Origin: a virus
Length of the DNA: 64,000 nucleotides
Reading direction: 5' to 3' (one strand)
IMG/VR virus record: IMGVR_UViG_3300043028_000007
Location: 3,899 to 67,898 of that record
How positions within the stretch are numbered: the first letter of the stretch is position 1; every line of letters starts with the position of its first letter. The position numbers were made by a program, and so were the translations under genes. Under the pieces are notes generated by a model. The model saw only the letters and a list, made by a program, of their open reading frames with translations. It ran no database searches and had not been told where the DNA came from. Below are positions 1-8,788 of the stretch, piece after piece.

Positions 1-72
1 TAAAGGATCGACGTCTGCTTCTTCTGAATTTATAAATTCTTTAGTAAAAATATTGTAGTTATAAATTTCCAT
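1..72 (-). CDS. Tail fibre assembly (Tfa-like) chaperone, 5' part only; runs off the window start
   Basis: Manual translation MEIYNYNIFTKEFINSEEADVDPL after a GGAG RBS. Resembles the M-x-IYxY...EF...A..DPLE start of tail fibre assembly proteins. Lies directly downstream of a tail-collar gene. Confidence 0.6.
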   Translation of the reverse strand, partial: MEIYNYNIFTKEFINSEEADVDPL

Positions 73-89
73 TTAATTCTCCTATTTCA

Positions 90-787
90 TTAATATTTAA
101 TACAGTACATCAAAGCAGTATTTTTAGGTACTGTTTCTGAACCACCAGCATTATTTATTGTTATTGAGTGAGCATGTGCCGCAACTGCAGAAGTATATCG
201 ATCATATTGTTGTGCTACAGGGCCAGCGTAATTTATAGGAGTCATAGTCCAAGTATTTACAGCTCCTACTATAGTGTGTCTATGTGCACCACTCCAGCGG
301 AACTTGCACCATGTGTATGTGATTTTAAACCATCGTTCTGGTTACTACCAAAAACTCTATTCGGATCAATTCCTCTATTATCATCCCAACCTCTAATAAA
401 TCTTCCTCTTGGATCTGGTATATTGAAGGTAGTACTACCATTACCATTACCAAAAGTAGTTCCTATTACAGAAAAAAGACTATTGTAGGTAGTTCGAGAT
501 ATAGTAGCTCCATTACATTTTAAATATCCATCTGGTGGTGTTGTATTTGACCAAATAATAATAGATCCCGTAGGAGATCTTTTATCTACATATTCTTTAT
601 TAACTAATTCGTCTGATCTAGTGATATTTGGAGAGATTAATCTTGGTATATCATTAAATGATTTAATACCATTAACAGTTTGGTTATTTTGAGTATCTAC
701 TTTAGTTTCTGATGGTTCTATCGTATATGGTAAATTGATCCAGTTAGTTGTACCATCACCTATTTTGATTCTAAGTGTATCTGTTTT
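90..787 (-). pseudogene. Tail fibre protein with tail-collar domain, broken by a frameshift near 296 and lacking an in-frame start
   Basis: Not in the ORF track. Frame A (787 down to a stop at 269-271) reads TDTLRIKIGDGTTNWINLPY...PTGSIIIWSNTTPPDGYLKCNGATISRTTYNSLFSVIGTTFGNGNGSTTFNIPDPRGRFIRGWDDNRGIDPNRVFGSNQNDGLKSHTHGASS. Frame B continues GAHRHTI...GGSETVPKNTALMYCIKY to a stop at 90-92. Confidence 0.8.
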
Positions 788-803
788 TTATTGAAGTTTT
801 TGT

Positions 804-1127
804 TTACTGGAAAACTAGTCTTAATAAAGGAAGTATTTCTCCAGAAGAGTATGTAGTGTTCTTAAGGAAGCTCCGAACTTCATCAACAGCACAAGATGTG
901 TGTTGTCTGACACTTACCTGCCATTCGTCCTTGTCATTACTTATATAAAGTACTCCATTTTCCCAACTATAATTATTAGCTACGATACTCTTTTGAGTGA
1001 GCTCATCTTCTCTCAGAATCCCATGGGGTTGATCTTTATTCGTTTCAAATCCAACGAATTCCACTATTTCGCTATTTTCTGAATCAAAACTTCTTTCAAT
1101 ATCAGTAGGTACAAATACTTTACTCAT
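804..1127 (-). CDS. Hypothetical protein (early gene)
   Basis: 107-aa ORF with GGAG RBS, downstream of the early promoter motif at 1165-1187. No recognisable domain. Confidence 0.55.
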   Translation of the reverse strand: MSKVFVPTDIERSFDSENSEIVEFVGFETNKDQPHGILREDELTQKSIVANNYSWENGVLYISNDKDEWQVSVRQHTSCAVDEVRSFLKNTTYSSGEILPLLRLVFQ

Positions 1128-1164
1128 TTTTATTTCTCCTTTTAAGTTAGGTTTATTTTCTTCA

Positions 1165-1187
1165 CTATAGTAATATATATTTTAAAT
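1165..1187 (-). promoter_or_regulatory. phiKZ-type early promoter
   Basis: Minus strand ATTTAAAATATATATTACTATAG contains the TATATTAC core. One of 8 similar motifs in the window. Confidence 0.75.
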
Positions 1188-1251
1188 ACACATGAATATG
1201 ATTATAAACTTAATTTTAATATCATATATTAATTTAACCAAAGGAGTCTAA

Positions 1252-1731
1252 ATGAACACATGTGTTATCAGAAGAGATTCTTGGGATAAGTACTTTTTAA
1301 AAATGGCTTATCATGTAGCATCTAGATCTACTTGTCTAAGAAGACAAGTAGGAGCAGTTATAGTGAAAGACCGCCAAATCATATCTACAGGATATAATGG
1401 AGCTCCGTCTGGTATAATGAGTTGTATGGAATTGGGTTATTGTTATAGAGAACAAAACAATATACCTAGCGGAGAAAAGCACGAGACATGTAGTGCTGTC
1501 CACGCTGAAGCCAACGCCATTGTACAAGCAGCAAAACATGGAATATCAGTAAAAGGGAGCATTATGTACATTACACATCAGCCATGTTCTATGTGTGCTA
1601 GACTCATTGTAAATTCTGGTATAAAACACGTGTATTGGGAAGAGGGTTATCCTGATGAAAACGCTTCTAAAATATTATGCGGAGCAGGGATAATTAATGG
1701 TAAAATTGAAAAAGGAGATAATTGTGATTGA
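1252..1731 (+). CDS. dCMP deaminase (zinc-dependent CMP/dCMP deaminase family)
   Basis: Motifs RSTCLRRQVGAVIV, STGYNGAPSG, HAEANAI and PCSMCARLI. GGAG RBS. Confidence 0.95.
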   Translation: MNTCVIRRDSWDKYFLKMAYHVASRSTCLRRQVGAVIVKDRQIISTGYNGAPSGIMSCMELGYCYREQNNIPSGEKHETCSAVHAEANAIVQAAKHGISVKGSIMYITHQPCSMCARLIVNSGIKHVYWEEGYPDENASKILCGAGIINGKIEKGDNCD

Positions 1732-2449
1732 TGTCAGGAAAAGAGAAGTAATAGATCCCAATATGTTTATAGAAGTACATATCCCTAATTTATGGGAACA
1801 TAATAATATTGAAAAGAAACATATATCTGATCTGGATATTTTTAATTGGAGCCATACAAGTATAACTGGTTCCAAAATGACAGAAAACGATTTTATGCAG
1901 AAGGCATATAGATGTACTTCGGCTGGAAAAAAAGATTTCATTATATCGGATTATTTTGCTTATGAGTCAGGACATAGTCCAGAAAGAACACAGTGGTATT
2001 TTATAGAGATGGAAAATATTCCTAACTTCGCTTCCGTTCATTTTGTAAGACATGATAAATTTGCATATCACTTTGATCCGTATGTAATGACAGGTAGAGA
2101 AGACAGAGACGGTTTGGGCTTCGCAGAAAATAGATATAGTTCAAAAAACCATTCCATGATGATCAATGCTGCCGAATTGAAAACGATGGCTTGGTCAAGA
2201 CTTTGTCAAAAAGCACATGCGGATGTCAGATATCTTATGTGTTGTATAAGAGAAATCGTATATGAGTTCGAGCCAGAGCTTGCTAAAAAAATGGTACCAT
2301 ATTGTGTAGCCAATGGAAAATGTAAAGAAGCTAATCTGTCTTGTAAGCAAATAAGCCTAATGCATGAAAGATATGCGAAGGAATATTTTGAGAATATTAA
2401 GTCATTCTGCTTACCTACTAATAGAGATAAATATTTTCCAAAAAAATAA
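1724..2449 (+). CDS. thyX: ThyX/Thy1-like flavin-dependent thymidylate synthase
   Basis: Motifs GHSP, IPNFASVHFVRH, TGREDR and RLCQKA. Probable GTG start at 1724 after AAAGGAG (the track starts at 1697). Overlaps the dCMP deaminase stop. Confidence 0.7.
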   Translation: MIDVRKREVIDPNMFIEVHIPNLWEHNNIEKKHISDLDIFNWSHTSITGSKMTENDFMQKAYRCTSAGKKDFIISDYFAYESGHSPERTQWYFIEMENIPNFASVHFVRHDKFAYHFDPYVMTGREDRDGLGFAENRYSSKNHSMMINAAELKTMAWSRLCQKAHADVRYLMCCIREIVYEFEPELAKKMVPYCVANGKCKEANLSCKQISLMHERYAKEYFENIKSFCLPTNRDKYFPKK

Positions 2450-2468
2450 ATTACAAATAATGCTTACA

Positions 2469-2505
2469 TATATAGAGTATGGGACAATATCCCATACTCT
2501 ATATA
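2469..2505. terminator. Bidirectional intrinsic terminator
   Basis: 16-bp perfect stem TATATAGAGTATGGGA/TCCCATACTCTATATA between convergent genes. Confidence 0.8.
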
Positions 2506-2509
2506 AGCT

Positions 2510-2785
2510 TTATTTTATATCCCTTTGAATAATACATTTGCCATTCAAATAAGTTTGACAGTTTTGAGAATATTTTTCACCATTTATATCCTTTGCTTCA
2601 TACACGACACAAGGTGCACATATATTGGCTCTATTATATCGTTCGATAATAGTTGATATGGTTAAGTTTTCAAAGCGCATATCTATCTTATGCTCTGAAA
2701 CGATAGCACATAGTTTTTCTTTTAAATTTATTAAATTTAAAATATCTTCATCATCTAACATTATTCTTACAGAAAACTTTCCCAT
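2510..2785 (-). CDS. Small Cys-rich hypothetical protein
   Basis: 91-aa ORF with RBS and Cys-rich C-terminus (ICAPC...CQTYLNGKC). Confidence 0.6.
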   Translation of the reverse strand: MGKFSVRIMLDDEDILNLINLKEKLCAIVSEHKIDMRFENLTISTIIERYNRANICAPCVVYEAKDINGEKYSQNCQTYLNGKCIIQRDIK

Positions 2786-2906
2786 CTTTTTCCTTTCTTT
2801 TATTTTAAATTAATTGGACTCACTATTATATAGTGAAGAAATACCAGTCTCTGTTATGCATTGGTTTCCTGATTTCCCAATGCTGTTTCACTAAGTCTCC
2901 TAAAAG

Positions 2907-2939
2907 GTAAGCACTGTGGCTTTATGCCACAGTGCTTAC
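2907..2939. terminator. Intrinsic terminator hairpin
   Basis: 14-bp perfect stem GTAAGCACTGTGGC/GCCACAGTGCTTAC just after the stop of the 235-aa ORF. Confidence 0.75.
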
Positions 2940-2945
2940 TATACG

Positions 2946-3653
2946 TTATTCGATTTCTATCTCATACCTAGATTTGTATAGGGTTATATTGGTCGTCATT
3001 TTAGAAGGCATTTTAGGATGGTCGATATCATATATCGTTATCAAAGAGACAATCTCATCGTCTTCAAGAACAACGTGATCTAAGCCATAAAAACAAATAT
3101 CCTGAAAAGTCTTAGTCAGAGCTCTATTGAGTATTCTTTCTTCGATACTATCTTTATAAATCTTATCTTTTATATTTGTTATTTTCAAAGAATTTGTACG
3201 TAGCATCGGTTCATTGGTTAAATTGCCGTGAATTGTATAGAAACCAGAATCTCTTTTCTTACACCTCAGTCTAGTAGTGAGATATAATTTGTCTTTATTT
3301 AACTTTGAGACAACTGTTTGTATCCCTATTGATGGATTTCTATTTAATTCAAAATTATCGTACATTATTGGAAAACTACGATTTATTATATTCGATAAAG
3401 CTACTTTGAGATGATCGAAATTATAAGTTTCCTTAAAATCTTCTATTGAGTTTCCTTCGAGTTTAATTGAGTTCAATAATCCAAAGACTAATCCATATAC
3501 GTTATCTGGACTCTTGCTTAAGTTGTTGTCGTGTATGGAATTGATATATGCCTCAATTTTCTTTTCGATTATCTCGTCGATTTTTTGTTTTTGTTTTTTG
3601 TTCTTAACAACATATTCGGTAAGTTTTACAATTGTCTCATCATTCATTTTCAA
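2946..3653 (-). CDS. Hypothetical protein (early gene)
   Basis: 235-aa ORF with AAGGA RBS, downstream of the early promoter at 3692-3713. Confidence 0.75.
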   Translation of the reverse strand: MKMNDETIVKLTEYVVKNKKQKQKIDEIIEKKIEAYINSIHDNNLSKSPDNVYGLVFGLLNSIKLEGNSIEDFKETYNFDHLKVALSNIINRSFPIMYDNFELNRNPSIGIQTVVSKLNKDKLYLTTRLRCKKRDSGFYTIHGNLTNEPMLRTNSLKITNIKDKIYKDSIEERILNRALTKTFQDICFYGLDHVVLEDDEIVSLITIYDIDHPKMPSKMTTNITLYKSRYEIEIE

Positions 3654-3691
3654 TTCCTTATTATTTAAATGTTATCGATGACTTGTATCAA

Positions 3692-3713
3692 TATAGTAAT
3701 ATATAGTTTAAAT
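3692..3713 (-). promoter_or_regulatory. phiKZ-type early promoter
   Basis: Minus strand ATTTAAACTATATATTACTATA. Confidence 0.7.
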
Positions 3714-3771
3714 AGTATTGGAAATATGAGAATCTTATAACAACCAATGCCATAAATTTAGGAGAGGTATT

Positions 3772-4806
3772 ATGAAAAATATATTATGGTTTCTTATATC
3801 GGCTTTATTCCTTAGCTTAGCAGTTTCTGTTCTAGCGAATGGGTATGATAAATACAATGTAGCTTATTATGAGGCAGGAGAATTTGGTGTATATACTGAG
3901 ACATGGGAAGGCACTAAAAGACAACTAGATGATATGGGCCTATTAGGTAAATTAGATGTAAAGTATTACGAATCACCTGGTTGGGACAAAGACGATAAAG
4001 TACATGAGGTTATAGCTAAAAAACTAATGAACGATAAGGACTTAGACCTTATAATCGGTATGGGCACTAAAGCAGTAGATGTTTTATTAAAGAATAATAA
4101 CAACAAAACTCCTATTATAGGCATGGCTTTGTCAGATGCTCTTAAATCAGGTTTCATTAAAAATGTTTCTGATACAGGAATAGATAATTTTACTACTAGA
4201 TATTTTCCTAAAAGATGGTTAATGTTAGCCGATACTTTCTATAATTTAACTAAGTTTAAGAACATAGGTCTATTGTTTGCTAATACACCCGAAGGTCATG
4301 TATATGCTAATTATAAACAATGGACAAATATATCTGATAAATATGGATTTAAAGTATCTGTTAGATATATGTCTGAAGAAGAAACATATGAAGAAGTTAA
4401 ACGAGGATTATTGGATTTAATAAATATCGATAAAATAGATGCTTTTTATATATCAGCCATATTGCCATTTGATTTTCGAGAAGATGAAGCCTGCTCTTTA
4501 CTCAAACTATTGGCTGATAATAAGATACAAGCTTTCAGTAGAGATGGCTTACCTCATATTGAGAAAGGAGCTTTAATAGGATTAACCGGCACAGATTGGA
4601 ATAGCGTTGGTAAATTCCATGCTAGACAAATAAAAGAAATTCTGATAGATAAAAAGAAACCAAGAGAAGTAAACTTCATCTATAATAACAGATTTACTTT
4701 AGCTATAAATTTAAAGACTTTAAAATATATAGGATTCGATGGAATTAACCTAGGACACTTTCATTTGTTTGAGCGTGTTTTTACTGATGTCTGTTGGGAG
4801 GAATAA
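3772..4806 (+). CDS. Secreted/periplasmic ABC-type substrate-binding-like protein (ABC_sub_bind family)
   Basis: Signal peptide (MKNILWFLISALFLSLAVSVLA). Motifs AYYEAG, DLDLIIGMGT, TPIIGMALSDALKSG, DAFYI, EKGALIG and LAINLKTLKYIG. Confidence 0.8.
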   Translation: MKNILWFLISALFLSLAVSVLANGYDKYNVAYYEAGEFGVYTETWEGTKRQLDDMGLLGKLDVKYYESPGWDKDDKVHEVIAKKLMNDKDLDLIIGMGTKAVDVLLKNNNNKTPIIGMALSDALKSGFIKNVSDTGIDNFTTRYFPKRWLMLADTFYNLTKFKNIGLLFANTPEGHVYANYKQWTNISDKYGFKVSVRYMSEEETYEEVKRGLLDLINIDKIDAFYISAILPFDFREDEACSLLKLLADNKIQAFSRDGLPHIEKGALIGLTGTDWNSVGKFHARQIKEILIDKKKPREVNFIYNNRFTLAINLKTLKYIGFDGINLGHFHLFERVFTDVCWEE

Positions 4807-5234
4807 TGAGCGATGCGTTTGATAACTTAAATATGGGATCTGAGGAAATAGCCAATTCTTGTGGAGCTGGATTACGTTATATTTTTGAAAGAGGTGCTCT
4901 CTTAGAAAGAATAAGTAGATTAGAAACTAGTCTCAACATGATCAATGAAGAAGTTAAGAACATTACCCAATCTAATCCCACTAAGGAATTAGAGTATCTG
5001 GAAAAAAGATTAAATAAATTAGAAGTATTATTAGATAAGCTATCAGATGAACTCAGTAAGTTTTCTAATATAAAAGAAGAAATCGATACATTGAAAAAGA
5101 GTGAACGAGAAACTAATAAAAATATGATAAAACAAGGAGTCAAGTTAGGATTAATAATGTTTGTAATTATGTCTATTTTGACAGGCTCCATAGGTATGTT
5201 GTTTAATGTCTTAAGTAAAAAATTAGGAGGCTAA
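4806..5234 (+). CDS. Coiled-coil protein with C-terminal transmembrane helix (XhlA/holin-like architecture)
   Basis: Heptad-rich body then LGLIMFVIMSILTGSIGMLF. Likely ATG at 4806 overlapping the upstream stop (the track starts at TTG 4794). Confidence 0.65.
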   Translation: MSDAFDNLNMGSEEIANSCGAGLRYIFERGALLERISRLETSLNMINEEVKNITQSNPTKELEYLEKRLNKLEVLLDKLSDELSKFSNIKEEIDTLKKSERETNKNMIKQGVKLGLIMFVIMSILTGSIGMLFNVLSKKLGG

Positions 5235-5239
5235 TACTA

Positions 5240-6634
5240 ATGCGGACCAAAATATTCTTTGATAGAATAGTAGAAGCTTTAGGAGACCTCATATATAAAA
5301 CCATATATGAAAATCATTTAAATTGGTTAGTCTCCTTACTTACTACTATATCTTTATCTACTATGATATTTTTCTTATGGGAAATGTTCTTTAGGAGTAC
5401 TTTTAAAATCTTTATAAACACACATTTCTATTATACATACATTAACATATATACATTGATGTTTGGTTCTCTTGTACTCAAATGGACATTCTTTGTAGCT
5501 ATAGGCTTATCCGTATTACATATAGTCTTCTTTTTTAAACTAAGAGGAAATAAAGATCTGTTTAATAAAGACCGAGCTAATCTTCTTGAAAAGATCGAAA
5601 AACTTGAAGCTACTAATAAGAAAACTGGTAAAGAACTACTGAGACATTACAATGCAGCTATATATGAAAATAATGTTAATAAGATATTGTTATCACATAC
5701 GCCTATACCAATACTTATAGTCAATGATGAAAGACAGATAATAAATTGTAATAGTGCTGCTGAAGTATTTCTTAGTTATGATAAAGAAGAACTTACAACT
5801 AATTTTAAAATAGAGAAATTAGTTACTAATATACACGATAGGGAATTGTTAATCGATAAATATAAGAATCGTAAAAAATACCCTTATCACGAATTAGCTA
5901 AATACGATATTAAATTACACGATAAATTTAATAATATCAAATTCACTACTATAGGTATAAAACCTATCATAGGTTCTGAAAAGACTATGATAACTATATT
6001 AGATAAAACATATATAACTAAACTAGAAAAAGAATTAGAACTACAAGCTAACTTATCTACAGAAATAATCGAACACAGTAACCGATATATATGGAAGAAA
6101 GATACCTTTGGTAGGTATACTTTCTGTGATAGTAAGTTCGGTGAAGACTACTTTGGATTACTATCTAGTGGCTCTATGTTAAGTGGTTGTTCACAATGTA
6201 TTGGGTTTACGGAAAAAGAACTAATATCTTTTTATATCAACAGTACTAATCGTAAACATAGTTTCATAGATAGAGGGATAGATACAGATAAAATAACTAT
6301 GGATAATGACAGTAGTTATCGTTATATCGAAATGGGACAAATCGACAATAAGTTATTTATAATAGATATAGTTAAAAAACCACAAAAAAATAAAAATGGA
6401 GATATAGTAGGTGTAGTTGCTTCTGCTACTAATAGAACAAATGAAGGCATGGCTGTCATAGAAGAAATATCTAGAGGAACAAAAATAGGTACAATAAAAC
6501 ATATTTATGATGAGGATTATTTATATATTTATTCAGTCGATTATACTGAAACTTATGAACCGATTATTATCAGTGATTTGGATGAGTTTGAAATGCCCAA
6601 AATAGTAACAAAAATAAAAGACGTTGATTATTGA
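5240..6634 (+). CDS. Membrane-anchored tandem PAS-domain protein with no recognisable output domain
   Basis: Two N-terminal hydrophobic helices, then a coiled coil. PAS1: ILLSHTPIPILIVNDERQIINCNSAAEVFLSYDKEEL...ITILDKT. PAS2/PAC-like: IIEHSNRYIWKKDTFGRYTFC...KKPQKNKNGDIVGVVASATNRT. Confidence 0.75.
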   Translation: MRTKIFFDRIVEALGDLIYKTIYENHLNWLVSLLTTISLSTMIFFLWEMFFRSTFKIFINTHFYYTYINIYTLMFGSLVLKWTFFVAIGLSVLHIVFFFKLRGNKDLFNKDRANLLEKIEKLEATNKKTGKELLRHYNAAIYENNVNKILLSHTPIPILIVNDERQIINCNSAAEVFLSYDKEELTTNFKIEKLVTNIHDRELLIDKYKNRKKYPYHELAKYDIKLHDKFNNIKFTTIGIKPIIGSEKTMITILDKTYITKLEKELELQANLSTEIIEHSNRYIWKKDTFGRYTFCDSKFGEDYFGLLSSGSMLSGCSQCIGFTEKELISFYINSTNRKHSFIDRGIDTDKITMDNDSSYRYIEMGQIDNKLFIIDIVKKPQKNKNGDIVGVVASATNRTNEGMAVIEEISRGTKIGTIKHIYDEDYLYIYSVDYTETYEPIIISDLDEFEMPKIVTKIKDVDY

Positions 6635-6643
6635 TTAAAAAAT

Positions 6644-6676
6644 AATAAGATGGGAGGCAGAATCTCCCATCTTATT
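6644..6676. terminator. Bidirectional intrinsic terminator
   Basis: 13-bp perfect stem AATAAGATGGGAG/CTCCCATCTTATT between convergent genes. Confidence 0.8.
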
Positions 6677-7256
6677 ATGCTGCATCTACCATTACTAATA
6701 CTTCTTTATCTATTATTACTAATACTTCTTTTTCATAATGATAGATTTTTCTATCGTCTTTATTTTTGCGGCAATATTTTCTTAAGAGACTTTCATCTCT
6801 TAAGTTATTTGTAGGAATCGAGAATTCACAAGATTCCATATTAGAAATATGGATATAGTCCATGCTTCTAACATCTACATATGCCCAGAAATATCTAGGC
6901 ATTATGTTTCTGATGATTCTCTTTACAGAAGAATCATATTCTCCTGATTCTTCTATAGAAGTTTCTTCATCAGAAACTCTTAGAATATACATACCTTTAG
7001 AAGTATGTACCCTAAGAATTACAATATCACTATTGATAGTAAGATTATAATAAGGAGTGATTCCGCCACCCCAACTGTAACATATATTACCAAACGAATC
7101 TATATGTCTGGTAATATATATGTTTGTGCGAAGCTCAGGATTTACTTTTTCCCAAGCTTCGATGACAGTAAGGTTCTCAATCTTATGAATAAGATCAAGA
7201 ACGAATTTATCTTTGAACCCAGAAGGGTTCTTTTTAATGAATATACTTTCTCTCAT
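6675..7256 (-). CDS. Hypothetical protein (early gene)
   Basis: 193-aa ORF with GGAGG RBS, downstream of the early promoter-like motif at 7301-7318. Confidence 0.75.
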   Translation of the reverse strand: MRESIFIKKNPSGFKDKFVLDLIHKIENLTVIEAWEKVNPELRTNIYITRHIDSFGNICYSWGGGITPYYNLTINSDIVILRVHTSKGMYILRVSDEETSIEESGEYDSSVKRIIRNIMPRYFWAYVDVRSMDYIHISNMESCEFSIPTNNLRDESLLRKYCRKNKDDRKIYHYEKEVLVIIDKEVLVMVDAA

Positions 7257-7300
7257 TATAAAACCTCCTAGGTTTAAGTTATTTGTATATATTCAATTGA

Positions 7301-7318
7301 GTAATATATACGCGAAAT
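7301..7318 (-). promoter_or_regulatory. phiKZ-type early promoter (divergent copy)
   Basis: Minus strand ATTTCGCGTATATATTAC. Confidence 0.6.
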
Positions 7319-7330
7319 AAGACGAAATAC

Positions 7331-7361
7331 AGTATAGGAGAGCATTATGCTCTCCTATACT
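7331..7361. terminator. Intrinsic terminator hairpin
   Basis: 14-bp perfect stem AGTATAGGAGAGCA/TGCTCTCCTATACT. Confidence 0.75.
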
Positions 7362-7366
7362 TAGTA

Positions 7367-8587
7367 TTATTTCTTTTTAGTTATTTTTACAATGAATATA
7401 GTTTCTGATGTATTCGGATGTATATGTTTGTCAGATATATAGTTTGTATTCGAGAATGGATCATAATCATAACTATATTGTTTTACGTCTGGTATCTTAT
7501 TTTTTCCAGGATATAAGTCTACATTTTCTTTTTCTATTAGCTTGTTTTCTTGGTCCAAAGATTTCCATCTTATTTCCATTTTACGATAAGGAGTAATACT
7601 TCCATTTATAAATAAAATACCATGTAGCTTTTGTTTAGAAATAGAGTCGGTTATATCGCGTAAATATCTTATTAAATATTCGTGTTTTTCTAACTCACGG
7701 GTAGTTATATTGAGACACTCATTTGGCACAATTAATGTTAAGTTATTTTTAAGATCCCCGATGATAAAATCTAAGATATTTTCAGAGGGTATTTCGTGTT
7801 CTATTATCTTACGTCTATAAAGAAATTTCAAACACTCTAAGTTAAAATAAATTCCCTTTTCGGTAATAGCATGTATTACAAAATATAGAGGAGTATTAGG
7901 TATAGCTAACATATCGTTGAATGCTAACCAAGGTTTATGTATCATACGATCTTCTGTGGTTAGTAATATAGAATTCGTGTTTTCTTTATATACGATATCA
8001 TTTACTGTACCTCTCGTATATCCTCCTACATCTGTCATATCTATAAATAAATGATTATTCCAAGATAATCTGTGTCCTTCTGTATAATAGATAGCCTCTC
8101 TTCCGTCAGTAGCGATATCCTTTCTTAATACTTTGCCATCTATAACTAACAATAATCCTGGTAATCTACTAACTCCTCCAGTTGAACTTATTCTGATAGT
8201 ATTATAAACTATCTCATCATTATCTATTATTCCAATATTATTATCTATAATACCATCGTTTATTACATCTGTACTTATATCGATATCTTTAAGTTCATGT
8301 ATATCGTGTACAGTAACACTATTTTCAGACAAATTGTCTCTATATCCGTCCCAATCTATATCTGTCCTATCATTTAGAAAATCTTCGATACTATCATAAT
8401 AATGAATATTGATATCAGATAGTAACTTAGATATATTAACAAAAACTCCACTATCATTTTCATACAATAGGTCCTCATTTATTTTGATAGTATTTATCAC
8501 GGATATTAGTTCTTCCTTATCTTTTATTAAAATAGGAATATAGTTATCGGTATTTCTTTTTCTTATAAAAAATTTAAATTCATTCAT
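7367..8587 (-). CDS. Hypothetical protein, possibly a virion/baseplate protein (size resembles phiKZ gp130)
   Basis: 406-aa ORF with GGAG RBS. No early promoter. The family guess is weak and from recall only. Confidence 0.55.
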   Translation of the reverse strand: MNEFKFFIRKRNTDNYIPILIKDKEELISVINTIKINEDLLYENDSGVFVNISKLLSDINIHYYDSIEDFLNDRTDIDWDGYRDNLSENSVTVHDIHELKDIDISTDVINDGIIDNNIGIIDNDEIVYNTIRISSTGGVSRLPGLLLVIDGKVLRKDIATDGREAIYYTEGHRLSWNNHLFIDMTDVGGYTRGTVNDIVYKENTNSILLTTEDRMIHKPWLAFNDMLAIPNTPLYFVIHAITEKGIYFNLECLKFLYRRKIIEHEIPSENILDFIIGDLKNNLTLIVPNECLNITTRELEKHEYLIRYLRDITDSISKQKLHGILFINGSITPYRKMEIRWKSLDQENKLIEKENVDLYPGKNKIPDVKQYSYDYDPFSNTNYISDKHIHPNTSETIFIVKITKKK

Positions 8588-8758
8588 ATATATGGTACTC
8601 CTAAGTTATATGTGTCTAGTTTCTATATGATCGGTTTTATACTATGGAGTAGCTAATGTTAGCCTTTATAAAAAAATAAACTACATTTATTATATAGGGA
8701 AGTATTCCGTAATCGTTAAAGGAAATTGGCCTCGACTTTAACGAACCTCTATTCAATA

Positions 8759-8788
8759 TAAGGATAAGGGCATTTGCCCTTATCCTTA
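8759..8788. terminator. Intrinsic terminator hairpin
   Basis: 14-bp perfect stem TAAGGATAAGGGCA/TGCCCTTATCCTTA. Confidence 0.75.

Noticed and set aside
323-329. Slippery T TTA AAA heptamer as the cause of the collar-gene frame break
   Set aside because: Shifting there would replace the conserved SHTHGASS segment with an atypical sequence. A one-base loss near 296 fits the protein better.
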